Assembly: GCA_002269645.1 (NCBI GenBank)
Contig: NIVC01002608.1
Span: 62,001 to 126,000, forward strand
Direction: 5' to 3'
DNA: 64,000 nt
Source: Macrostomum lignano
Taxonomy: Eukaryota
Positions 24,542 to 37,045 of the stretch are shown in pieces (within the stretch, counting starts at the first letter, position 1; the number at the start of each line of letters is the position of its first letter). Under the pieces are notes generated by a model, which saw only the letters and a list, made by a program, of their open reading frames with translations, was not told where the DNA came from and searched no databases. The position numbers were made by a program, and so were the translations under genes.

Positions 24542-24691
24542 AGCCGCTGATGTCTGCTTAAAGCCGGTAATGCCGCCGCTAGCAGTGGCAAAGTTGGTCA
24601 CTTGGAAGCTGCTAATTTTGTTAGCTCCTGAGGATGACGTCATCACTGCGCCATCGAATGCGTTCGCTTCGAAGCCTTGATTGTCCCACAT
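21810..24691 (-). CDS. Two-pore-domain (K2P/TWIK family) potassium channel, paralog 1, 4 exons, ~503 aa
   Basis: Exons 24691-24088, 23047-22779, 22660-22418, 22205-21810; phases 1,0,0 are consistent. Pore 1 TTIG|YG is split by intron 1; pore 2 is STIGFGD. Four TM segments, N-terminal polyQ from a (CAG)n tract, CCCKC cluster. Confidence 0.93.
23168..24040. repeat. Intronic minisatellite (K2P-1 intron 1), 22 bp unit CTTATTTGAGCACTACCTGACA, ~40 copies
   Basis: Read directly; two main variants, GAGCACT and GAGTGCT. Confidence 0.95.
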
Positions 24692-24992
24692 GGCTGAGCG
24701 CGTTATGAGAACAGTTGAGGCTTTCGTGCAATGCAGGCTGGATTTGGGAGGGTCTTTTATGGGGATAATTTTGTGACAGATTGATTGTTTGCTTGGACAG
24801 CGGCCTTGGGACCAACCAATCATGCATGGCCTCCAAATTAGGGAACTCTAATTGTATATCTGTATCCTAATCCACTTTCATTTGCTGCATGTAAAGTACA
24901 CAAGTATATAGAACTATAATCAGGCTGTTTGGCAAAGAATCTGGTAATAAAGCGGATGATTTTGATAAATAATATGTTAACTGAATGTATGC

Positions 24993-26195
24993 TTCTGACA
25001 AACTGTCGAAGCAACTGACAAAGTGTCGAAGCTACTGACAAACAACTGTCGAAGCTGCTGATAAACAACTGTCGAAGCTGCTGACAAGCAACTGTCGAAG
25101 CTACTGACAAACAACTGTCGAAGCTGACAAACAACTGTCGAAGCTGCTGACAAACAACTGTTGAAGCTGCTGACAAACAACTGTCGAAGCTGCTGACAAA
25201 CAACTGTCGAAGCAACTGACAAAGTGTCGAAGCTGCTGACAAACAACTGTCGAAGCTGCTTACAAACAACAGTCGAAGCTGCTGACAAACAACTGTCGAA
25301 GCTGCTGACAAACAACTGTCGAAGCTGCTTACAAACAACTGTCGAAGCTGCTTACAAACAACTGTCGAAGCTGCTGACAAACAACTGTCGAAGCTGCTTA
25401 CAAACAACTGTCGAAGCTGCTTACAAACAACTGTTGAAGCTGCTTACAAACAACTGTCGAAGCTGCTTACAAACAACTGTCGAAGCTGCTTACAAACAAC
25501 TGTCGAAGCTGCTGACAAACAACTGTCGAAGCTGCTGACAAACAACTGTCGAAGCTGCTTACAAACAACTGTCGAAGCTGCTTACAAACAACTGTCGAAG
25601 CTGCTGACAAACAACTGTCGAAGCTGCTGACAAACAACTGTCGAAGCTGCTGACAAACAACTGTTGAAGCTGCTGACAAACAACTGTCGAAGCTGCTGAC
25701 AAACAACTGTCGAAGCTGCTGACAAAGTGTCGAAGCTGCTGACAAACAACTGTCGAAGCTGCTGACAAAGTGTCGAAGCTGCTGACAAACAACTGTCGAA
25801 GCTGCTTACAAACAACAGTCGAAGCTGCTGACAAACAACTGTCGAAGCTGCTTACAAACAACTGTCGAAGCTGCTGACAAACAACTGTCGAAGCTGCTGA
25901 CAAACAACTGTCGAAGCTGCTTACAAACAACTGTCGAAGCTGCTTACAAACAACTGTCGAAGCTGCTGACAAACAACTGTCGAAGCTGCTTACAAACAAC
26001 TGTCGAAGCTGCTGACAAACAACTGTCGAAGCTGCTTACAAACAACTGTCGAAGATGCTTACAAACAACTGTCGAAGCTGCTGACAAACAACTGTCGAAG
26101 CTGCTTACAAACAACTGTCGAAGCTGCTTACAAACAACTGTCGAAGCTGCTTACAAACAACTGTCGAAGCTGCTGACAAACAAGTGTCGAATGAC
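24993..26195. repeat. Minisatellite, 23 bp unit CTGTCGAAGCTGCTGACAAACAA, ~52 copies
   Basis: Read directly; upstream of K2P-1. Confidence 0.95.
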
Positions 26196-26804
26196 AAACC
26201 TTAAGGGCAGTTAATTCACATTAACGCTAGTAGCTCTACGGGTCAAAGATTGCTCAAATAAATTTTAAAACTGGTCTGAGCAAACTATACATTGACTGTT
26301 ATTGTGTTACCACTGTCTCTCAGTACCCTACAGCTTGCCAGAAATTAATTGACCTCAACGTTTGCTTTCAAGGCATTCTTCATAGCATGATGCCATTCAT
26401 TATGGCGAAGTGTATATTTCTGAATCGAATTATCAGCCACTCCAGTTAGTAAGAGAAATTCGTGAAAAAATGTAAATGTTAATTTCACAGACTGACGACT
26501 GACTACTGATAGTAGGTAGAGTATAAAAGTTTTTCTCTTTATACCGAAAAAAGTTCTTTGCTAGTGGTAAAAGTGCTCGATCAGATTAGTGCTGACTTTT
26601 CCTTATCAAATACCTTCGACAATTTAAATGTAACCGCCCTGGGATAAAATCACCATGATATGTTTAAACATTTTATGACGCAAACGTATTAGAAGGCACA
26701 GTGAGAAAAATAATTGTAATTTATCACACTTTAGAAAAGACAGAAATTTTTGTCGATGCCAGATGTTCTGTGCACTCATAATTCTTTGACGCTGAACGCA
26801 AAGT

Positions 26805-29640
26805 TGCACTCCCTGACACCAATGTGTTGCAGTCCCTGACACCAATGTGTTGCAGTCCCTGACATCAATGTGTTGCAGTCCCTGACACCAATGTGTTGCA
26901 GTCCCTGACACCAATGTGTTGCAGTCCCTGACACCAATGTGTTGCAGTCCCTGACACCAATGTGTTGCAGTCCCCGACTCCAATGTGTTGCATTTCCTGA
27001 CACCAATGTGTTGCAGTCCCTGACATCAATGTGTTGCATTTCCTGACACCCATGTGTTGCAGTCCCTGACACCCATGTGTTGCAGTCCCTGACACCCATG
27101 TGCTGCACTCCCTGACACAAATATGTTGCATTCCCTGACATCAATGTGTTGCATTTCCTGACACCAATGTGTTGCAGTCCCCGACTCCAATGTGTTGCGG
27201 TCCCTGACACCAATGTGTTGCACACCCTGACACCAATGTGTTGCGGTCCCTGACACCAATGTGTTGCACTCCCTGACACCAATGTGTTGCGGTCCCTGAC
27301 ACCAATGTGTTGCAGTCCCTGACACCAATGTGTTGCAGTCCCCGACTCCAATGTGTTGCATTTCCTGACACCAATGTGTTGCAGTCCCTGACACCAATGT
27401 GTTGCATTTCCTGACACCAATGTGTTGCAGTCCCTGACACCAATGTGTTGCATTCCCTGACACCAATGTGTTGCATTTCCTGACACCAATGTGTTGCAGT
27501 CCCTGACACCAATGTGTTGCAGTCCCTGACACCAATGTGTTGCAGTCCCTGACACTAATATGTTGCATTCCCTGACATCAATGTGTTGCATTTCCTGACA
27601 CCAATGTGTTGCAGTCCCCGACTCCAATGTGTTGCATTTCCTGACACCAATGTGTTGCAGTCCCCGACTCCAATGTGTTGCATTTCCTGACACCAATGTG
27701 TTGCAGTCCCTGACACCAATGTGTTGCATTCCCTGACACCGATGTGTTGCAGTCCCTGACACCAATGTGTTGCAGTCCCTGACACCAATGTGTTGCATTT
27801 CCTGACACCAATGTGTTGCAGTCCCTGACACCAATGTGTTGCAGTCCCTGACACCAATGTGTTGCACTCCCTGACACCAATGTGTTGCATTTCCTGACAC
27901 CAATGTGTTGCAGTCCCCGACTCCAATGTGTTGCATTTCCTGACACCAATGTGTTGCGGTCCCTGACACCAATGTGTTGCATTTCCTGACACCAATGTGT
28001 TGCAGTCCCCGACTCCAATGTGTTGCAGACCCTGACACCAATGTGTTGCGGTCCCTGACACCAATGTGTTGCGGTCCCTGACACCAATGTGTTGCGGTCC
28101 CTGACACCAATGTGTTGCAATCCCTGACACCAATGTGTTGCATTTCCTGACACCAATGTGTTGCATTCCCTGACACCAATGTGTTGCGGTCCCTGACTTC
28201 AATGTGTTGCGGTCCCTGACACCAATGTGTTGCGGTCCCTGACACCAATGTGTTGCGGTCCCTGACACCAATGTGTTGCGGTCCCTGACACCAATGTGTT
28301 GCGGTCCCTGACACCAATATGTTGCGGTCCCTGACACCAATGTGTTGCGGTCCCTGACACCAATGTGTTGCGGTCCCTGACACCAATGTGTTGCGGTCCC
28401 TGACACCAATATGTTGCGGTCCCTGACAGCAATGTGTTGCGGTCCCTGACACCAATGTGTTGCATTCCCTGACACCAATGTGTTGCGGTCCCTGACATCA
28501 ATGTGTTGCGGTCCCTGACACCAATGTGTTGCACTCCCTGACACCAATGTGTTGCGGTCCCTGACACCAATGTGTTGCGATCCCTGACACCAATGTGTTG
28601 CGGTCCCTGACACCAATGTGTTGCGGTCCCTGACACCAATGTGTTGCTGTCCCTGACACCAATGTGTTGCGATCCCTGACACCAATGTGTTGCACTCCCT
28701 GACACCAATGTGTTGCGGTCCCTGACACCAATGTGTTGCATTCCCTGACACCAATGTGTTGCGGTCCCTGACACCAATGTGTTGCATTCCCTGACACCAA
28801 TGTGTTGCGGTCCCTGACATCAATGTGTTGCGGTCCCTGACACCAATGTGTTGCGGTCCCTGACACCAATATGTTGCGATCCCTGACACCAATGTGTTGC
28901 ACTCCCTGACACCAATGTGTTGCATTCCCTGACACCAATGTGTTGCGGTCCCTGACATCAATGTGTTGCGGTCCCTGACACCAATGTGTTGCACTCCCTG
29001 ACACCAATGTGTTGCGGTCCCTGACACCAATGTGTTGCGATCCCTGACACCAATGTGTTGCGGTCCCTGACACCAATGTGTTGCATTCCCTGACACCAAT
29101 GTGTTGCGGTCCCTGACACCAATGTGTTGCGATCCCTGACACCAATATGTTGCACTCCCTGACACCAATGTGTTGCGGTCCCTGACACCAATGTGTTGCA
29201 TTCCCTGACACCAATGTGTTGCGGTCCCTGACACCAATGTGTTGCATTCCCTGACACCAATGTGTTGCGGTCCCTGACACCAATGTGTTGCATTCCCTGA
29301 CACCAATGTGTTGCGGTCCCTGACATCAATGTGTTGCAGTCCCCGACTCCAATGTGTTGCAGTCCCTGGCACCAATGTGTTGCACTCCCCGACTCCAATG
29401 TGTTGCACTCCCTGACACTAATGTGTTGCACTCCCCGACTCCAATGTGTTGCACTCCCCGACTCCAATGTGTTGCTGTCCCTGACACCAATGTGTTGCAG
29501 TCCCTGACACCAATGTGTTGCAGTCCCTGACATCAATGTGTTGCATTCCCTGACAGCAATGTGTTGCACTCCCCGACACCAATGTGTTGCACTCCCTGCC
29601 ACTAGTGTGTTGCACTCCCAGACACCAATGTGTTGCGGTC
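26805..29640. repeat. Minisatellite, 23 bp unit CCCTGACACCAATGTGTTGC(AGT/GGT/ATT/ACT), ~120 copies
   Basis: Read directly; the largest array in the window, between the two K2P genes. Confidence 0.97.
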
Positions 29641-29769
29641 GATGACAGCAGTTTTATCGGCATTCAAATTTGGAGCATCAAAACATTAGGATGACTGCAC
29701 AAACAACTGACACAGTAAACAGTACTACAATTAGTAGTTGCATTTGTTATCAAGTCTCGCTAAACTTTC

Positions 29770-32538
29770 CTAAGCCGCGCTGCTACTCGTCGCATTCTCG
29801 TTGTCGTACATGATGTGCCTGCCGCTGATGAGCTGACGTCTCGGCGGCTGCGGGACAGTCAGCTGCTGATGACGCTGATGTTGACCACGCCGAGAGGAGC
29901 GGCTCGCGGCGCTGCTGTTTCTCGATTGAGCAACTGCCCGATGGTCGCCCCTCGAATCGGCGCTGCTGCACGATGACGAGTCACTGTCCGTTGATGACTC
30001 GTCGTCGCTTTCATCGTCGCTTGGCTGTTCGACGCGTTTCACCATGCCGAGTTTGAGTCCGATCCAGTGGAACTTGGCTGATATCTCGTCCTGGATGAGG
30101 TTGATACACATTGACAGGACCGTCAGACCGAAGAAGCAGTACAGGGCTCCGACTAGAAGCTCGGTGATCACCGTCATCTGCCGGTGGAGTGAATCAGGGA
30201 AGTTCAGTAGAAGAGTTTCCACTCTTTTCCGGATCAGCTGAAGTACTCTCGTACAATGTATGTTTCTGACCTTATCAGTAATCTCCCTAAAGCCTGGAAT
30301 ACACGACGATTACACTACCAACAGGCTGGGAAAAAGATGCTCACACTATTGAACGGGCCGTCTTTTCCTGGCACGTAGTCGCCAAAACCAATTGTGCTCA
30401 GCGTGATAAACGAGAAATAGGTGCCTTCGATCAAGGTCCATTTCTCCCAGATGCGGAACACGGCCGCACCCAGTAGAATGTAGAGAATGAGCAGCAAAAT
30501 AGTCACGCTGATGGGAATGTTCACGATGTCTTCTTCTTCGTCATCTTCTTCGTCATCTTCTTCAACTACAACCAGATCCTTCACCTGTTTGAATGCCAAT
30601 CGAGTGTCGGTTGCTCTGTGAAGAATTCCTTGAGAAAAACCGTATCTCTGACCTTGAGAAGAACCAATATCCTTGAACTTGAGATAAATCCGTCTCTTTG
30701 GCCTTGAAATAGACCCCGTCTTTTTGACCCTCAGGAAACCCAACTCTTTGACCTTGAGATTGAACCATCTCTTTGACCTTAAGATAAGCCCATATCTTTG
30801 ACCTTGAGGAAACCCGTCTGTTTGGCCTTGAAAAAACCCGTCTTTTTGACAATAAGTAAGCTCGTATTTTTGAATTTGATAAAACACCTTTTTAACCTCG
30901 TGTTGTCTGATGTCGCTGCAATATTTCCACCCAAACGTTTTGCTTGTGTTGCTAAAACCTCCAATTAGTGCGCATAGCGACTAAAAGGATGTGAAGAATA
31001 GCCTTCATAGTGAGTTATGTGCTTGGAAGCTAACTGTTTTGCTTGATTGTAGTATTATACTGTTTCCCAGCAAAACAAAAATCAATGAACCAAGAAGCAC
31101 TGGCAGAGAAGTATGAATAATTCAACAGAAAATTTAGCAAGTCAATCACGACCACCTTAGCTGGTGGCATCTTGCCGCTCTCGTCAGCCGTTGTCCAAGA
31201 AGATTGCTGCCTCTGCTGCTCCCGAATCGATTCTTCTACGGCCTTCTCTTCCGGGCACTTTCGTTTAATGAAACACTTGCAACAGCAGATGTTCAGGTAG
31301 AAGGCTTTGAACAGCATAGCGGTTGGCTCGCCAATCTTTGTTAGAAAGAGCAGCATGAGTGGAATGCCTAAGATGGCGTAGATCATGCACACGATCTGGC
31401 CCCAGGATGTTCCTGGCGCGATGTGACCGTAGCCTTGAATTGCGGTGCATAGAGAAGGTTAATACTGTGAGCATTATTTTCATGAATAAGTTTTAACTTG
31501 TACTCTCATGTCAACTTGGTGATAGACAAGAAGCTACTGACAAACTATTGCTGAAGCTACTGACAAAGCTTTGTTGAAGCTACTGACAAAGCATTGTTGA
31601 AACTACTGACAAAGCATTGTTGAAGCTACTGACAAGCCATTGTTGAAGCTACTGACAAATCATTGTTGAAGCTACTGACAAGCCATTGTTGAAGCTACTG
31701 ACAAATCATTGTTGAAGCTACTGACAAAGCATTGTTGAAGCTACTGACAAAGCATTGTTGAAGCTACTGACAAAGCATTGTTGAAGCTACTGACAAATCA
31801 TTGTTGAAGCTACTGACAAATCATTGTTGAAGCTACTGACAAATCATTGTTGAAGCTACTGACAAATGATTGTTGAAGCTACTGACAAACCAATGCCCCT
31901 CACTCACCAATAGTAGTGATCACAGTCACGCAGAAGTAGGCTGCATTAGCGAAATTCCAATAGGGAATATTGTCGCCCTGCCCCAGCGTAGAGCAGTTCA
32001 GCCGCGGGTCCATGCTCAGGGTGTAAATGTCCTTAGCAAAGTCGCTGATTTCAGTAAATATGCTGGCTTTAGCTGCAACCGCGTTCTTGCCATTCTGAGC
32101 CATATTGTAGATCCGATCAACCGCTTCGTTTCTTTTTGACAAGTACTTGTCGTACTTTGTCTGACAGCTTGACACCTCGTTTTCAACTTCAAGGTATTGG
32201 AATAGAAAGCCGCCCATGACCACGTAGAAGATGACGATGACAAAGGTGCCCAGCTGGGACAGCATGATGGAGCCGAAGCGCTTGCAGCATTTGCGGCATT
32301 TGCTCTGACTCGCTGCGTCCTGAGCTTTCGCTGAGCTGTCGGGCGCTCCGTTGTGCTTCACCACCGCCGCGGTGTCCGTCTCCACGTCGAAGCCGCGAAA
32401 GCCCCAAACGCCGCCAGCGTGATGGAATCGGCTGGTGCTGACCGCGGCAGACTTTAGCGGCGGCTGACGCTGCGCTGTGGACTTCGCCTGGTAGCTGCCG
32501 TCGAACATGTCAGCCTCGAAGCCACCGTTTGAGTACAT
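29770..32538 (-). CDS. Two-pore-domain (K2P/TWIK family) potassium channel, paralog 2, 4 exons
   Basis: Exons 32538 (or ATG 32595)-31908, 31433-31156, 30584-30345, 30177-29770. Same intron positions and phases as paralog 1; TTIG|YG and STIGFGD pore motifs. Confidence 0.93.
30640..30870. repeat. Degenerate intronic minisatellite (K2P-2 intron 2), ~25 bp unit around CCGTCTCTTTGACCTTGAG
   Basis: About 9 diverged copies. Confidence 0.7.
31530..31892. repeat. Intronic minisatellite (K2P-2 intron 1), 23 bp unit GTTGAAGCTACTGACAAATCATT, ~16 copies
   Basis: Read directly. Confidence 0.95.
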
Positions 32539-32632
32539 CGCTGCTGCAGTGATTGAGCATTGTTGGAATAAACTCTGTGCGTTCTCGAATGCCATAGGTG
32601 ATTGGACAATTATTGGGGATATGAATGATACT

Positions 32633-33355
32633 TCTCAATCCTACAGGTGACGTCTTTCAATCCTACAGGTGAAGTCTCTCAATCCTACAAGTGAACGTCT
32701 CTCAATCCTACAGGTGAAGTCTCTCAATCCCACAGGTGACGTCTCTTAATCCTACAGGTGACGTTTCTCAATCCTACAGGTGACGTTTCTCAATCCTACA
32801 GGTGACGTCTCTCAATCCTACAGGTGACGTCTCTCAATCCTACAGGTGACGTTTCTCAATCCTACAGGTGACGTTTCTCAATCCTACAGGTGACACACCT
32901 CAATCCTACAGGTGACACTCCAATACTACAGGTGAAGTCTCTCAATCCTACAGATGACGTTTCTCAATCCTACAGATGACGTCTCTCATCCTACAGGTGA
33001 TGTCTGTCAATCAATCCTACAGGTGACGTTTCTCAATCCTACAGGTGACACACCTCAATCCTACAGGTGACACTCCAATACTACAGGTGAAGTCTCTCAA
33101 TCCTACAGATGACGTTTCTCAATCCTACAGATGACGTCTCTCATCCTACAGGTGATGTCTGTCAATCAATCCTACAGGTGACGTTTCTCAATCCTACAGG
33201 TGACGTCTCTCAATCCTACAGGTGACGTTTCTCAATCCTACAGGTGACGTTTCTCAATCCTATAGGTGACGTTTCTCAATCCTACAGGTGACGTTTCTCA
33301 ATCCTACAGGTGACGTCTCCCAATCCTACAGGTGACGCCTCTCAATACTACAGAT
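32633..33355. repeat. Minisatellite, 22 bp unit CTCAATCCTACAGGTGACGTCT, ~33 copies
   Basis: Read directly; upstream of K2P-2. Includes an internal higher-order block duplication (about 32880-33030 repeated at about 33040-33180). Confidence 0.95.
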
Positions 33356-34300
33356 GCCACGTTTTATTCTATACTGTACACATAGGTAATGCCTCTTAAT
33401 CATAGAGAACGGTTCACTTTTCAATCACACAAAGGTTCGTTAGTAGCTAGTGTTTTCTACCTGGTTGAATAACAGAGACATTCGCATTTACCTTTTCAAG
33501 TTTTTATCCAGAATTTCCGATCAACGTTGCGTTGCAAATTTAAACAACTAATTTCAGTTCCTTATAAGTGTAAGACTCAATTCAGTCCAGCTCGTTAAAT
33601 CTGAGATGTCCGTAAATTTTCAAGATATAGATACAGGTAGCTGCATTGTATATACTCCTTCGATAGTCAAACAAAAAACTGAATCGGTTTTGGCTCCAAT
33701 GAAATTCGCACACGATGAAGGCTGCTTGGTTGCTAAAGATTCTATTGGCTACAAGCTGAGGAGGGCTACATATGGCTTTTGGACGTTTAACTGGCTTAGT
33801 ATTCACGTACGTGTGTATTTAGTTTGCGACGTACGAGCTAGGCTGCATGCCCAAGTTGGTATAGAAGGATGCAGGCCCCACAGTTTGGTGAGCAAACACG
33901 AGGGGAAGCATACACGATTTCTGGGTGTGGGAGAGCGAGGTAAAGGGAGTTGAGAACACAACTCTATGGAAATTGGGAAGCTGCGGATGGCGTGCGCCCC
34001 GCTAGTTTTCTTTTTTCCCTTTCTACCAGGTAGTTTGCTGGAGTCTGCAGGAGTGGGAAAAGCGAAAAGATCCGCATGGCGCATGCGTCCCATAGCAACC
34101 AGTAAGCCGGAAAAGCGCTTTGTCATTAGCAACGCATACACAGAGGCGGCCTGGAACTGGCTGCTGGAAAAATAACCCCCACTGCAAACAGTGGTTGTGC
34201 AGCTACAGCTCAGGACATGAGGTAGCTTTAGCCTCAGCTCTCCGGCCAAACAGAAAGCAGCAGATCCGTGTGTTTGTGCTCGTTCTACCTCCTTTACCCT

Positions 34301-34580
<280 letters not shown>

Positions 34581-35156
34581 GAGGGTTTACTAAGGGTTTA
34601 GCTGGATCTACTATATCTTAACCCTTAACCTGCTAGGTAAACTATACTCCTCTGTGTTGTATAATTATTTATTTTTGAGATCTAACAACAGTGGCAGGTT
34701 CTCTAATCTCAATAAATTAATTTTTGTTTAAGCAGTGTTCACTCCAATAGCTTGCAGTGTGTCTGACTACCCAGAGGTTATTTGGCCATAGATTTTCTGG
34801 TAGATCGGGGGACAAAACCAACAAGAACCCTGAACGGAAAATTCCTTGATTATTAAGCAGGGACTCCAGGTGTTGGCAAAGTAATTTTCCGCGCCACCCA
34901 CAGGCACTCATTTTGGTGCTGCAGGTACTTTTTGAAGGCAATGGTGCTGTGACTCGGCCTGATCATGTGCCAACAGCTAGACGATCCCTTCAGCGGACAA
35001 GCCTTAAGGATCGCTTCAGTCGGACTTGACTTCAATATATAGCTGAGCGTGAGATTGCGTCAAGACACCGAGTCAGTCCATCCCTATACAGTAGTGTACG
35101 TAGATCCCACAACTCAAACAACGTTCCTGAAGAGAGCTACATGTAGTATACATGTA

Positions 35157-35883
35157 CCTTTTTGAGATCTAGTTTGCCAAAACTGTGCCAATCAATTTTG
35201 CCCGCGGAAAAATATCACTTATTATTTTGCTGTCTAGGCCAAGTCTGCTCAGTCGATCATGACCAGAGTTTCAGCCACAGACAACTCCGAAAACTGCAAA
35301 AATTTTTGCCAAAACTGCGACCTAGTTTGCCCATAGCAAGCCAAGAAGAATTTTATTAAGAATCAATTCGGAAGTGTGACGAAATACACTGTAACAGTGA
35401 ACAATAAACAGCGAGTTTATAATGGTAGACGTAGGCACAAATGTTCTCAATCATAGCATTGTTAAGGGACCTCCGCTTGGCACCTCCGCGAGGCAGAGGC
35501 TCTATACGACCGGTTGCATTGAATTGTCCAACTATATGTAAGTCACGGTTCTTCGTGAGATGCCCAACACAGCCTACTGAAATCTTACCAGTCCTCTCCA
35601 TCCTGATATGCTTGAATCAATCGCTGCCGGTCCTTCGCTGAAATCCCGTTATAAGGTCCACGCTGGGCCATTCTTTGATCTTGTTATGTATGTCTGTGGT
35701 GTTTTCTTTGCTATGGGCAAACTAGGTCGCAGTTTTGGCAAAATTGATTGCAGTTTTCAGAGTTGTCTGTGGCTGAAACTCTGGTCATGACTGAGCAGAC
35801 TTGGCATAGACAGCAAAATTATAAGTGATGTTTTTCCGCGGGCAAAATTGATTGCAGTTTTAGCAAACTAGATCGCAAAAAGG
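35157..35883. mobile_element. Non-autonomous Tc1/IS630-like element with ~190-bp terminal inverted repeats
   Basis: 35157-~35345 is the imperfect reverse complement of ~35705-35883; TA on both flanks. The ~360-bp spacer encodes (minus strand) a transposase HTH-like remnant, FNATGRIEPLPRGGAKRRSL. Confidence 0.8.
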
Positions 35884-37045
35884 TATATTACCATGCAAAT
35901 TAAGCTAAGCAAACTCACTGTTAATTTTCTTCGAAGACCGCGGTAGCTATATACTTCACGGTGCCGGTGGAGCGAGGCAAAGCGGCCGAGTGGTTTCTTA
36001 TGTTAGTGCGTTTCATGTTGTAAATTGAGTCATCAAGATATAGGTTCCACAGGCGCGCGATCTCCGTCGCTCACCCCAACATATTTTATATAATTTGTCA
36101 CATCATCCCTCGACACCGCGGCCCAAACGGCAACTGCTATTTCTCGGCTGTCGATTGGTCGGCAAAAGCGCGTACACAACGAATAAACCATAACTGAGGA
36201 AAGGGGGGACGCGATCGACGGGCAGTTTTAGCCAATCATCACAGAATGCGGATCGTGGACGGTCACAGCTAGGGGGCTGGCGTGTAAAACATCTTAGCAT
36301 TTAGCAATTGGAGCCACCAGACAAAGCGGGAGATGGTGCATGGGCACGTGAGGAAAGGTTCATGGGTGCACCCGAATAGTCGCTTGATCAACAGTGCAAG
36401 TGCACGCCGGTACAACAAAAAATAGGCAAAAATTCTTGATTTACATGTACCATCTTAATGCAAGTGTCCACCCAACGGCAATGCCCTGTGTTTACCAGCT
36501 AGACCCACATTAACTTATTTGCCCAATAAAATATTAGCATTGGCTTTACTGATATACTTGAGAAAAAAATCAAATCTGTTTGACTTTATACATGTAACTC
36601 CGTTTTAAATGTCAATTAAGTTTATAACATTATCATCGCTAAGGCATTCCTTTTCCGGGTAGTGTTTTTGGGCTTATATTTTTCGTTTTATAGTATGCTG
36701 TAGGAGCCGACAAGTGTAGAAAAACGTTGAAAATATAACAAATAGAACTTTTTGCGATTTTCAATTTCTATAGATTTACGGGTTTTTAAGCAACCGATGA
36801 TGACGTAGTTACCGAGATTGTATTCTTTCAAATAGCATATTTTCGTAGATTGTAATTTCCGAGTGAACACCAACCACACCGCACTTAGGGCTAGGTCTTG
36901 AGGCTGATTAAACTGGTAATAGCCATTTAAGATATTATAAAAATTGTAGTAGCAAGATAATTTTTAATACAGTGCTGATTGAGTTACTAGATCTTTGACT
37001 GCAAAACAGTACTTCAAATCTCTTCTCTTGCTCTGTATTTTCAAG

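Noticed and set aside
26805-29640. Possible CRISPR-like array
   Set aside because: Units are contiguous with only ~3 variable bases and no unique spacers; eukaryotic context and no cas genes.
24838-29663. Long periodic ORFs on the minus strand (e.g. 26776-28455, 27555-29408)
   Set aside because: They are translations of 23-bp tandem arrays open in several frames at once, with no splice or start context and no protein-family motifs.
37025-37045. Acceptor-like TTTTCAAG immediately before the CLINT1 ATG as a spliced-leader trans-splice site
   Set aside because: Cannot be distinguished from an ordinary 5' UTR intron acceptor without transcript data.
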